DNA of 50,668 bases, taken from contig JACMRI010000061.1 of the NCBI GenBank assembly GCA_014376525.1, forward strand, positions 1 to 50,668, in the 5' to 3' direction. The notes beneath the pieces are model-generated. The model made no database searches, had not been told where the DNA came from, and was given only the letters and a program-made list of their open reading frames with translations. This document shows, piece by piece, positions 29,202 through 38,919 of the stretch (within the stretch, counting starts at the first letter, position 1; the number at the start of each line of letters is the position of its first letter). This DNA is from Bacteroidia bacterium. Its GTDB lineage: Bacteria; Bacteroidota; Bacteroidia; UBA4408. A program made the translations under genes and the position numbers.

Positions 29202-30419
29202 TTATGCGTCTAATTCGCCTGCTATTACATTCATAGAACTCATAGTAAGTATGGCATCGCTTAGCATACTTCCTTTTATCATTTCGCCGTAGGCTTGGTA
29301 ATATATAAAACAAGGGCGACGCATGTGCAGGCGGAATGGTGTGCGTCCGCCATCGCTTATCATATAATAACCTAACTCGCCGTTGCCCGCTTCTACGCTA
29401 TAGTATATTTCGCCTTTAGGTATATTTACTTCGCCCATCACTATTTTAAAGTGATAAATTAAGGCTTCCATATTGTTATATACCTCTTCTTTGGCAGGTA
29501 ATAAAAATTCGGGTACATTGCCCTGAAACTCACTAGTACCTAAGGCTTTAATTTTAGCTACAGCTTGTGTGATTATTTTCATAGACTCCCACATTTCGCC
29601 ATCTCGCACCATAAATCTATCATATACATCGCCTTGCGTACCTAACGGAATATCAAAATCAAAATCTTCGTACGAGCTATATGGGTTCATTACACGCACA
29701 TCATAATCTACACCTGCTGCACGTAAGTTAGGGCCCGAAAAACTGTACGCCAACGCACGTTCGGCACTTATAGCACCACAGCCTATGGTTCTATCCATAA
29801 ATATACGATTGCGTGCCAATAAGCTGTTAAATTCATTAAGCGCTGCTGGATATTCAGCTAAAAAAGCGTCTATTAATTCCCAAGTTTTATCAGACCACTG
29901 GCGTTCAAAACCGCCAATGCGCCCTATATTGGTGGTTAATCGTGCACCACATATTGCTTCAAAAATATCGTAAATACGCTCACGCCATTGAAACAAGTAT
30001 GTAAAACCAGTAAGCGCACCAGTGTCTACACCTATTATTGCGTTGCAAATAATATGGTCGGATATACGTGCCAATTCCATTACTATTACACGCATATATT
30101 GTACACGCTTAGGTATATCGGCATTAATAAATTTCTCTACTGTTAAATGCCAGCCTATGTTGTTGATGGGCGATGAGCAATAATTTAATCTATCGGTAAT
30201 AGGTGTTATTTGGTTATAAGGCCTGTGCTCCGCTAGCTTTTCAAACGCACGGTGTATGTATCCAATAGTAGATTCCGACGACATAATAATTTCGCCGTCC
30301 ATTTGTAATATGTTTTGAAATATACCATGCGTAGCAGGGTGTGTAGGCCCAAGGTTAAGCGTGGTATATTGTTTTTCTTGTTTAGGATTAGGTATATCCA
30401 GTATTTTTTCTGTTGCCAT
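29202..30419 (-). CDS. nuoD: NADH-quinone oxidoreductase subunit D
   Basis: LNLGPTHPATHG, GYIHRAFEK, ELARISDH, GPNLRAAGV, GELGYY and GELDA motifs. Confidence 0.95.
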   Translation of the reverse strand: MATEKILDIPNPKQEKQYTTLNLGPTHPATHGIFQNILQMDGEIIMSSESTIGYIHRAFEKLAEHRPYNQITPITDRLNYCSSPINNIGWHLTVEKFINADIPKRVQYMRVIVMELARISDHIICNAIIGVDTGALTGFTYLFQWRERIYDIFEAICGARLTTNIGRIGGFERQWSDKTWELIDAFLAEYPAALNEFNSLLARNRIFMDRTIGCGAISAERALAYSFSGPNLRAAGVDYDVRVMNPYSSYEDFDFDIPLGTQGDVYDRFMVRDGEMWESMKIITQAVAKIKALGTSEFQGNVPEFLLPAKEEVYNNMEALIYHFKIVMGEVNIPKGEIYYSVEAGNGELGYYMISDGGRTPFRLHMRRPCFIYYQAYGEMIKGSMLSDAILTMSSMNVIAGELDA

Positions 30420-30481
30420 AATTGTTATTTTTTTTCTTCAAAAATAAGACAATATTTTAAGTTTAAATAGGTTTTCTTGCA

Positions 30482-33400
30482 CTATAATTTTATACCTATT
30501 ACAGTTACATCATCTACTTGGTCTAGCTTGCCTTTCCATGCCTCAAAGGCATTGTTTAGCACCATGTGTTGTAGGTTTATTGGTAAATGGCTATTTGCTA
30601 CAAATAATTCTTTTAGTTTTTTAGTCATAAATTTTTTGCCTTTTTCTCCACCAAATTGGTCGGGGTAGCCGTCGGTAGTCATATACAAAGTATCGCCTTT
30701 GTTGGCTTCTACGCTGTGTAATATAAACGGTTGCATGTGTGGGTAATATGCCACAGGTTGCTTGTCGGTTTTATGTTCGGTAAGCTCTTGTGTTTGTCCG
30801 TTTACTATGTATAAGCTGTTTTGTGCGCCAGCATAGGTTATTATAAACCTACCCTCGGCATTAGGTTTTTTGGGTATAGAAAGCAAAGTCATATCCATAC
30901 CATCTTTACCTCCTTTTTCGTCTCTCTTGGGATTTAGTGCCAATATAATTAACCTACGCAACTCCTCCAGTATGGCTTCGGGTGAGTATAACTGCTTAGA
31001 GTGAAAGCATTCGTTAAGCATATTAATACCTATCAAACTCATAAATGCACCAGGAATACCATGGCCAGTACTATCGGCACAGGCTATAAAAGTGCGGTCG
31101 GTAAGGTGCTGACACCAGTAAAAATCGCCACTTACAATATCTTTGGGTTTAAACAATACAAAATGTTGTGGCATGGCATCATTTAGTATTTCTTCGCTTG
31201 CCAAAAAGCCCTCTTGTAGGCGTTTGGCGTAGTTAATACTGTCGGTAATATTTCTATTTTTTTCTGCAATTATTATGTTTTGCTCGCCAATTTTAACACT
31301 CGCACGGCGTATGTTGTAATACGAGTACAACAAACTAAGTACAACAGCCGCAAGCAAGCTATATGCCCACCAAGTGCGCCAAAACGGTGGTTCTATTTCA
31401 AATGTATAGCTTAGCGGGGTGGAGTTCCATACGCCCTCGCCATTTTCGGCTTTTAACAAAAATTCATATTTGCCAAACGGCAGGTTGGCATACTCCACTT
31501 GCGTTTTTTGAGTTATAGGCAGCCATGTTTTGTCTAAGCCTTTTAGCATATACTGGTAGCGTACTTTTTGTGGTGTAGTGTGGCTTACGCCCACATAGTT
31601 AATCGTTAAATAATTTTTGTTGTATGGCAATGTTAAGTTTACTGGAATGCCATCGTTGCTTACGCTATCAACTTCCTCAACGGTTTTCCAGTTTACGGCA
31701 CGGCTAAACATATCTACAGACCGTATGTGTAGTTTTGGTTCTGTTGTATTAGGCACATCATATTCTGGTTGGTAGAGCACTAAGCCATTTTGTGTACCTA
31801 CGTATATGTGGTTAAGCTCATCTATATATATGGCTTTGTTCATACACTCAGTAATATCGTAGTGTTTTATAGTATAATTATTGTTTGTGGCAAATGTAAT
31901 TTTATCTACTCCTTTTTGAAAACCTACCCAAAGCGCACCGTTGTTATCTATACCTAAAGAGCGTACGTCGTTACTTGTTAAATCGTTTTTTTCGGTTATT
32001 GCTGTAAATGTTTTGCCATCGTATTTATATATTCCTTCTCCACTGGCTAAAAATAGAGTACCCATTTTATTACCTGTTACTTGTTGTACAGGCTTTGTGG
32101 TGCAGCCGTCTTTATTGGTGTAGTGCTTTGTAACAGTTCCATTATAACTAAATAGCCCATCATCAGTACCTATCCAATAGGTATTGTTTTTATCTTGATA
32201 AATACTTCGGCATAATTTTACCTCAGCACTTATACCATTTAGTGGCACTATAGCATTATTAATAATAGTTGCTATGCCCCCTTCGGTAGCAACTATTATT
32301 TCATTTTTGGTGTTTATTAAAATATCGTTTACAACGTTATAAGATCTGTTTTTGTGAGATTTAACGGATGTTATTTTATTATTCAATAATGTGTGTAATC
32401 CAAATGTTGTTCCTATTAACAATTGATTATTGTACATTTTCAATACTGAAATATCACCATTACTATTCCAATTTTTACTTGTGTAATTTGTGGTTGTTTT
32501 ATTGTTTAAAATGCTTAATCCTCCTATAGTGCCTATTAATAGATTGTTCTTATTATCAGTTAATATAGCTGTGATTTGGTTATCCACTATGCCTGATTGT
32601 TTGCTGTAAATTATCGTTTTTTCGCTACTATATTTGCTTAAACCATTACCACTACTACCTAACCATATATTATGCTCAACATCTTCATATATTTTCCATA
32701 TTGCATCGTCTGTTAAACCATCTTTTTTTGTATAGAATTTGTATGTTTTACCATTGTATTTATACAATCCATTATCTGTTGCAATCCACAACTCATCACT
32801 GCTATTTTTAAACAGATAGTTATGTGGGCTTATAAAATTTTTATTGATAGAGATATATTGTTTTTCAATTTTTAGATTGTTATACTTAAATAAAAAATTA
32901 GTACACCCTAAATACATTGCACCATTATATTCTACTATAGAATATATTTCAGCCTCTAATCCGCTGTTATCAGGTGTAAAGTTTTGAACTTTATTATTTA
33001 CTTTAAACGCCCCATTACCTAGTGTACCATACCACAATGTAAATTTATCTTCTACGGCTATACAAAACACATTAGCAGTGTCTAATGCAGGGTGTATTTT
33101 TAATGGTGTAATAATATTGTTTGCAAACAAACAAACGCCTCTTGCCGTAGCTAATAAGTATCCTTTGGCAGTAGCATGTATTGCAAATATACGGTTTTGT
33201 GTTAAGCCTTGCGCTGTTGTATAATTAGTAAACTTACCTGCTTTGTAAACAGATAATCCATTATTAGTACCAATGAGCATAGTACCATCATTACCTTTTT
33301 TTATATCATAAATTACATTGTCTGCTAAACCATCTTTGTCTGTAAAATACGTAAAATGTTTACTGTCAAATAAGGTAATGCCACCACCACTTGTACCCAA

Positions 33401-33562
33401 CCATAATACTTTATTATCATCTTGGCAAATAGCCAAAACTTGTTCTTGGCTTAATCCATTTTCGGTACTGTAATTGGTAAAACGCACTTGTTGCGCAATG
33501 CTTAGGTTAGCGTTGCGCAACAAAATGATACTTACAAGAATAATGGAATTAAAACGAATCAC
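30482..33562 (-). CDS. Membrane sensor: Reg_prop beta-propellers + Y_Y_Y domain + TM + SpoIIE (PP2C) phosphatase
   Basis: Repeated YTxxDGL / WIGT..GL blades, YQYMLKGLD...YANLPFGKYEF, PPFWRTWW TM segment, PKDIVSGDFYW, ADSTGHGIPGA, TDGYPDQFGG, QVDDV. Confidence 0.92.
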   Translation of the reverse strand: MIRFNSIILVSIILLRNANLSIAQQVRFTNYSTENGLSQEQVLAICQDDNKVLWLGTSGGGITLFDSKHFTYFTDKDGLADNVIYDIKKGNDGTMLIGTNNGLSVYKAGKFTNYTTAQGLTQNRIFAIHATAKGYLLATARGVCLFANNIITPLKIHPALDTANVFCIAVEDKFTLWYGTLGNGAFKVNNKVQNFTPDNSGLEAEIYSIVEYNGAMYLGCTNFLFKYNNLKIEKQYISINKNFISPHNYLFKNSSDELWIATDNGLYKYNGKTYKFYTKKDGLTDDAIWKIYEDVEHNIWLGSSGNGLSKYSSEKTIIYSKQSGIVDNQITAILTDNKNNLLIGTIGGLSILNNKTTTNYTSKNWNSNGDISVLKMYNNQLLIGTTFGLHTLLNNKITSVKSHKNRSYNVVNDILINTKNEIIVATEGGIATIINNAIVPLNGISAEVKLCRSIYQDKNNTYWIGTDDGLFSYNGTVTKHYTNKDGCTTKPVQQVTGNKMGTLFLASGEGIYKYDGKTFTAITEKNDLTSNDVRSLGIDNNGALWVGFQKGVDKITFATNNNYTIKHYDITECMNKAIYIDELNHIYVGTQNGLVLYQPEYDVPNTTEPKLHIRSVDMFSRAVNWKTVEEVDSVSNDGIPVNLTLPYNKNYLTINYVGVSHTTPQKVRYQYMLKGLDKTWLPITQKTQVEYANLPFGKYEFLLKAENGEGVWNSTPLSYTFEIEPPFWRTWWAYSLLAAVVLSLLYSYYNIRRASVKIGEQNIIIAEKNRNITDSINYAKRLQEGFLASEEILNDAMPQHFVLFKPKDIVSGDFYWCQHLTDRTFIACADSTGHGIPGAFMSLIGINMLNECFHSKQLYSPEAILEELRRLIILALNPKRDEKGGKDGMDMTLLSIPKKPNAEGRFIITYAGAQNSLYIVNGQTQELTEHKTDKQPVAYYPHMQPFILHSVEANKGDTLYMTTDGYPDQFGGEKGKKFMTKKLKELFVANSHLPINLQHMVLNNAFEAWKGKLDQVDDVTVIGIKL

Positions 33563-33572
33563 TAATAGAGTT

Positions 33573-35438
33573 TTATTGTTGAACTATTTTTACACGTTGT
33601 GTACCGTTAGGTGTAGTTATGTGTACTGTGTATATTCCTGAAGTTAAGCCTAGTGCTAAAGCATTAATCGTTACACTATGTTCGCCTTGTACTTGTGTGC
33701 CTTGTGGTAAATAAGCTACACGTTGTCCTAACATATTAGTTACAATAAGTTCTACTTTAGTATCTTGCGCTATGTTGTAATGCAGTGTGGTTGTAAAATT
33801 AAAGGGGTTAGGATTAACCTTTACCGTATTTATACTATTAATACTTCTATCGCTTACTGATGAAACAAAGGTTGCGCAAACACTCTTATTTACTTTGCTA
33901 GAATCTACAGTAAATACAAATCCACTTCCTTTGCTGTTCCCACTTACCGTAAATGGACAGGTATCGCTTGGTAAACCAGGCATGTCCACTATTAAAAAAT
34001 AATCGCCATTGGCTAAGTTAGTAATTTTAAAAGCACCTTGGTTACTTGTAACTGCCATGCGTGCATTAGCACCACCAGGACGTTTACATGCACGTATACC
34101 AACACCTGGTACAGGTTTGTTAGTTGCTAATGTGCCTTTATTTCCGCCTATTACACGTGCATTATCGTAATAGTTAGAAAGAAAATGGCCATCAACACTA
34201 TTGGTACCTGTTGTGTCGTCTTGGTATTGTAAGTGTATGTTTACGGTTAAAGTATCCTTATACAAAGGGTTTGAATTAAAAGCTGCTTTTGTATCCATAA
34301 TTTTAGCCCTTTCCCAACTTGTGCTATCGCCATAGTAGGTAATGAAAGCGAGTGGGTACATAGCAGAATCGGGGCGTATAGCTATTTGGTATTTGCCAAA
34401 CGGTATGCTATCAAACAAAAACTCTCCAGCATTTGTAAGTAAAGTAGTGTCTAATATATCATTTTTTTTAAAATTAGAACCTCCACGGTACAAGTACACT
34501 ACACCATTGGTTACGGGTGTAGTTTCTGTATTATCTGTAAAAGCTTTACCACCTATTTTACCTATATCAACAGGTTCAGTAATGTATGAGTTGTGTAGGT
34601 ACCCATTTGCATCTGTACGTATATACATTAAATAAGGCGTACCCGTTGGGTTGTTTTTCATAAAAAAATAATCGTAAGATGTATCCTTAGGAAGACTAAA
34701 ATTATTATAAAATGGACCTAATTTAACTTTAAGTTCAACAGTTCGTATTACTAAAACTTTAGCTACCAATACATCGGTATATATTTTTCCTCCTGGTAAT
34801 TTAAGCGTTCCCCAGCCGTGTGGCGTAAATTCTTTAGTCGATTGTCCTTTAATATACACGGAATCGTACACTATATTATTATATACAAATGAAGCCTTAC
34901 TGCCTTTAAATTCAGCGGTATCATTTATAGTACCACTTAACATAGATGGGTTTTTAGGTACAAACAACTCTGGCTTACTAAAGTAAATAGGCATGTTAAG
35001 TTCTTGTCGTATATTATATGCCCCTACTAAATATACACCATTAGTATCAATACGCACAAAATTATAAGAAGAGTCTAATATATCTGTTACATTAGTGTTT
35101 TGACGCGGTGCGGTAATAAAAAAGGTGTGAGTAGGCCTCATGTTCCTTGTTAAACCTTGCGTATTAAACAATGAATAATATGTATTAGTATTAGCCCAAG
35201 CGGTAACCGTAGCATTTGAGTCGTTTTTAGAAGGATTAAAAATGGTGGAGTAATCCCATGTTTGTGGCATAATGCTGCTCCCTTGCGGGGCACCATTTGC
35301 TGCCTGTGTATTATTCCATATTTGTTTATAAGTTATACCAGGTACAGGAAAAAACTTTAAATCTATAGTTGGGCTATTGTTTTGCGCGTTGGCAAACAAG
35401 GTTGTTGTAAATAATACTAAAGTGTATATTTTTTTCAT
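33573..35438 (-). CDS. Secreted protein with Ig/CnaB-like domains and T9SS type A CTD
   Basis: Signal peptide ...ANAQ; QTWDYS and GWGTLKLP blocks; CTD VNPNPF...NMLGQ...SGIYTV...KIVQQ. Confidence 0.82.
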   Translation of the reverse strand: MKKIYTLVLFTTTLFANAQNNSPTIDLKFFPVPGITYKQIWNNTQAANGAPQGSSIMPQTWDYSTIFNPSKNDSNATVTAWANTNTYYSLFNTQGLTRNMRPTHTFFITAPRQNTNVTDILDSSYNFVRIDTNGVYLVGAYNIRQELNMPIYFSKPELFVPKNPSMLSGTINDTAEFKGSKASFVYNNIVYDSVYIKGQSTKEFTPHGWGTLKLPGGKIYTDVLVAKVLVIRTVELKVKLGPFYNNFSLPKDTSYDYFFMKNNPTGTPYLMYIRTDANGYLHNSYITEPVDIGKIGGKAFTDNTETTPVTNGVVYLYRGGSNFKKNDILDTTLLTNAGEFLFDSIPFGKYQIAIRPDSAMYPLAFITYYGDSTSWERAKIMDTKAAFNSNPLYKDTLTVNIHLQYQDDTTGTNSVDGHFLSNYYDNARVIGGNKGTLATNKPVPGVGIRACKRPGGANARMAVTSNQGAFKITNLANGDYFLIVDMPGLPSDTCPFTVSGNSKGSGFVFTVDSSKVNKSVCATFVSSVSDRSINSINTVKVNPNPFNFTTTLHYNIAQDTKVELIVTNMLGQRVAYLPQGTQVQGEHSVTINALALGLTSGIYTVHITTPNGTQRVKIVQQ

Positions 35439-35654
35439 AGTGTGTGTTTTTATCAGTTAATAGCTTATTAATAACAAACGAATATACACAATTTAGTTTG
35501 TAAAACAACTTTTAATAAAAAACTATACAATAGATTCAAGCTTAATAAAATAATACTGCCCTACACTATTCTTCGGCTTCAGTTCCATTATTCTTAGCAA
35601 TAATAAAATTATAATAAATTAATTTGTTCATCTAAAACATATTTACAACTGAGA

Positions 35655-37460
35655 TTACTCGGTTTTCTTTTTACCTTTTATTTTTGCGCTTACGCCGTTA
35701 CCGTCTATTTTTAGGTTTATTTCTTGGGCATTTATGTTTATATTTTTTTCGTTTTTGGTGTTGTTACTTTCGTCGTCTGCACGTTTGCCATTTATGTACA
35801 CACCGTTTTTGCTTACGCTCATATTTATGTCATTTGTGGTATCGTTTTCTGCATCTACATCGTTGCTTAGTTTATCTAAACATACCAAACCTTCCGTTTG
35901 CATTTGCCATGTGTGGTTAACCATATCGCCATCGTATGTATTGCTTAGGTTGTCTATGTCATCTAATAGGTTAGCTACAGTAGCATCAATAAATATTTTT
36001 TGCCCCACTGGTAAGTACACTTTTACGGTTAGTTTTTGGTTGCGCCATTTGTTTAAATTAGTTACATCAAACAATTTATCAATAGTAACTACACTGTCTG
36101 TTAATTGCAGGTTGTACGTTATTTGATTAGCCAAACCCGCAGCTATTTTTTTGGTGCTTGCGTTGGCTTGTTTAGTTATAATTATGTAAGCGCTATCGGT
36201 AGTACTTTTAATTATTTTTAGGCTGGGTACACCTTGCTGGTTAATTTTGCCCTCGTTGGCATTGTTAAATAATACTGAACCAAATACTATGTTTAATTTT
36301 TCGTCCTCATTGTCTTCTTCATCATTTGTACTTGGTGTAGCTTTTAGTACAATAGTTTTGTTTTTACTAGCGGTAAGTATTATACTATTTTTTAATGTTG
36401 ATTTAGTTGCAAATACTCTGTTTATGCGATTAAACGAAATTATACACAACACTATACCTACTATCCACAATACGCTTGCGGTACGTGTAAAATATTTGTT
36501 GCGAGCTACTCCCAACAATATACGTATTCCGTTGTATATCATAATTATTAAAGGTACGCCAAGTACGAGTAACAGTGCAACTTCGGCTAAGTAAGCGTGT
36601 GCTTCGCTATCAAAAAAGTTAGATAACCTAAATACATTGGGCCAGTACTGCGTTCCGTTTTCGGTTATGTTGATAATGGCATCGCTTCCGAATAAAAACT
36701 GCAACAATATAAGTAATAATATTACACCTATAAATGCCGCTATTACTGCAATAATAGTTCCTGCAATTTTGAACAATGTGGTAAGTATGCGTATAACATT
36801 ATCGGCTATGCCACGAGTAGCTTCGGTTAAATGTGCGCCAAAATTATTGGATTTGAATTTAGTGTTTACACTTTCAAATTCGTTTTTAATTGTTTTTTCA
36901 ATGTTAGCGATGGTTACAGGCTCGCCGTACATTTGTAGTTTTTCGGCAGATGTACGTGCTTCGGGTATAATAATCCATAATATTAAATACACCAAAAAGC
37001 CGGCACCAAAAGTAAAAAACGCAATAACAAAGGCGAGACGCATAAACAATGGGTCGTAGCCCAAGTAGTTAGAAGCACCTGCGCACACACCACCTAATAT
37101 ACGCTTATCCGTATCTCGGTATATGCGCTTAGCTATTGGTGTTATTGGGTTTTCGGGGGCTTGTTGTTGGGTTTTAGTAGTATCAGCGAATGCGTCGTCT
37201 TCGTTAAAATTTTCGGGGCTACCCATTGTTTGCATTACTTCTTCTACATCTATTATGGTAATGTTTTGTTTGGTAATGTTAGTGTGTTTTTGAAACATTT
37301 CGGCAATACGTATTTCAATATCCGTCATTACTTCATCGCCACTTGCTTGGGTTGCAAAATGTTTTTTTAATGTTTGTAAGTAATTATTAAGTAAGGGGTA
37401 CGCATTTTCATCAATATGAAATACCATTCCTCCAAGGTTAATATCTGTAGTGCGATTCAT
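35655..37460 (-). CDS. PspC-domain membrane protein
   Basis: INLGG..FHIDENAY, DIEIRIAEMF, PspC motif RIYRD...LGGVCAG...YLILWIIIP, several TM helices and a beta-rich C-terminus. Confidence 0.88.
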   Translation of the reverse strand: MNRTTDINLGGMVFHIDENAYPLLNNYLQTLKKHFATQASGDEVMTDIEIRIAEMFQKHTNITKQNITIIDVEEVMQTMGSPENFNEDDAFADTTKTQQQAPENPITPIAKRIYRDTDKRILGGVCAGASNYLGYDPLFMRLAFVIAFFTFGAGFLVYLILWIIIPEARTSAEKLQMYGEPVTIANIEKTIKNEFESVNTKFKSNNFGAHLTEATRGIADNVIRILTTLFKIAGTIIAVIAAFIGVILLLILLQFLFGSDAIINITENGTQYWPNVFRLSNFFDSEAHAYLAEVALLLVLGVPLIIMIYNGIRILLGVARNKYFTRTASVLWIVGIVLCIISFNRINRVFATKSTLKNSIILTASKNKTIVLKATPSTNDEEDNEDEKLNIVFGSVLFNNANEGKINQQGVPSLKIIKSTTDSAYIIITKQANASTKKIAAGLANQITYNLQLTDSVVTIDKLFDVTNLNKWRNQKLTVKVYLPVGQKIFIDATVANLLDDIDNLSNTYDGDMVNHTWQMQTEGLVCLDKLSNDVDAENDTTNDINMSVSKNGVYINGKRADDESNNTKNEKNININAQEINLKIDGNGVSAKIKGKKKTE

Positions 37461-37482
37461 GATTTTTGGGGTGTTTAAAATA

Positions 37483-37809
37483 TTAGTTAGCTAATTTGTT
37501 TACTGCGGTTGATAGTTCTTTCCAAGTAGTGCCTAATGCGGCATGAAACTTTTTGCCTTCGGTGGTTAGTTTGTAATATTTACGTGGCGGTCCCATGGTG
37601 GACTCTTCCCAACGATAGGTAAGATAGTCGTCGTTTTTGAGGCGAGTAAGTAGTGGATATATTGTACCCTCTACTACTATTAATTTTGCCTCTTTAAGTT
37701 GTTCCAAAATTTCCGACGGATACGATTCGCCGTGCTTGTGTAGTATGGCCAAAATGCAGTATTCTAATATACCCTTGCGCATTTGTTGCCGTGTGTTTTC
37801 TATATCCAT
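37483..37809 (-). CDS. PadR-family transcriptional regulator
   Basis: MRKGILEYCIL, EGTIYPLLTRL and GPPRKYYKLT motifs. Confidence 0.93.
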   Translation of the reverse strand: MDIENTRQQMRKGILEYCILAILHKHGESYPSEILEQLKEAKLIVVEGTIYPLLTRLKNDDYLTYRWEESTMGPPRKYYKLTTEGKKFHAALGTTWKELSTAVNKLAN

Positions 37810-37838
37810 AATTGTAGTTGTTGTTAATTAAATGCTAA

Positions 37839-37898
37839 GTACTGAACTATTTATAGCACAAATGTATGTATAGTTTGCTACTGTGCAACACAAAGTAC
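37839..37898 (-). promoter_or_regulatory. padR promoter with two GTACT-N11-AGTAC palindromes (candidate operator)
   Basis: -7 TACATTTG (37866-37859) and -33 TTG (37888-37886) with a 19-nt spacer; palindromes at 37839-37859 and 37878-37898, each one mismatch from consensus. Confidence 0.6.
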
Positions 37899-37965
37899 TA
37901 TTTATTTTAAATATTGTTTGATTTTCAATGTTTTAAAATAAAAATAGAATTGTAACGTTTGAAAA

Positions 37966-38330
37966 ATGATGTAAAAATAAATTACTTGTGTTTTTTAGTA
38001 GGCGGAATAGGCAGTGTAGCACTATATGCACTTACGCTACAGTTTGTGTTTTGCGTGCCGCTATACTTATAGCTAATGGCTTAGTTAGCTTTATAATAGG
38101 GGTGTTGTGCGGTTTGCTATAATCCAAAAACTATATTAACCGACATGTGGTATTGCTTGTAAGTACTGGTTTTTTGTGGTGGTTTAAGTTCTTTTTCTAT
38201 ATTTAGTAACGATAATAATTTGCTAATTACAAGCATATATTTTATGCTTTTGTTTGCCAATATTGCGCTTAATCTCGTTGTGTGTTTTGTAGCCGAAGTA
38301 CTCGGCTTTATTCTTGCTAAAAGAATATAA
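37966..38330 (+). pseudogene. crcB: Fluoride channel CrcB/FluC pseudogene
   Basis: Pieced across frames: LLVF/LVGGIGSVALY.../ILIANGLVSFIIG..LL*...LLVSTGF/CGGLSSFSIFS...LGFILAKRI*. This matches the GGxxG, N..GSF..G and GFCGGxTTFSTF Fluc motifs, with about three frameshifts and in-frame stops. Confidence 0.8.
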
Positions 38331-38347
38331 AAACCGCACACGGTTTT
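38330..38347 (+). terminator. Small terminator-like hairpin after the crcB remnant
   Basis: AAAACCG-CACA-CGGTTTT. Confidence 0.45.
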
Positions 38348-38406
38348 GATGCGTATATAAAAAATATTAGTTAATTTTATACAAACAATAAAGAACCACA
38401 TTAGTC

Positions 38407-38916
38407 ATGAAAACCACCTACATTACACTTACCGCGGTATTATCACTAAGCACTATACTAAGTAGCTGCACACAAGCACAAACAAACAAATCAACTAAAA
38501 CGATGACTAACGAAAACACTACCCCAAAATTAACAAAAACCGATGCAGAATGGGCTAAGCAACTAACCCCAGAACAGTATGATGTATTGCGCAACAAAGG
38601 TACCGAGCGTGCTTTTACAGGTAAATATACTGATACTAAAGATAAGGGAATATACTGCTGCGCAGGTTGTGGTGCAGAACTGTTTACTGACACTCAAAAA
38701 TTTGATTCGCACTGCGGATGGCCAAGTTTTGATGAAGAGTTAGGAAAAGGCGAAAAAATAAAAAAAATAACTGATTACAGCCATGGTATGACACGTACCG
38801 AAATAGTGTGTGCAAAGTGCGGCGGGCATTTAGGACACTTATTTGACGACGGTCCATCATTAACCAAAAAAAGATATTGTGTAAACAGCGCTTCGCTTAA
38901 TCTTATCAAGAAATAA
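38407..38916 (+). CDS. msrB: Methionine-R-sulfoxide reductase with lipoprotein signal
   Basis: GTERAF, CAGC, CGWPSF, RTEIVCAKC, HLGHLFDDGP and RYCVNS motifs; lipobox LSSC. Confidence 0.95.
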   Translation: MKTTYITLTAVLSLSTILSSCTQAQTNKSTKTMTNENTTPKLTKTDAEWAKQLTPEQYDVLRNKGTERAFTGKYTDTKDKGIYCCAGCGAELFTDTQKFDSHCGWPSFDEELGKGEKIKKITDYSHGMTRTEIVCAKCGGHLGHLFDDGPSLTKKRYCVNSASLNLIKK

Positions 38917-38919
38917 AAT

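Noticed and set aside
38117-38401. 94-aa minus-strand ORF
   Set aside because: It is the antisense of the crcB pseudogene (EKELKPPQK is the reverse reading of FCGGLSSFS).
38407-38916. Selenocysteine-type MsrB
   Set aside because: The catalytic residue is a plain Cys (TGT in RYCVNS), with no in-frame TGA.
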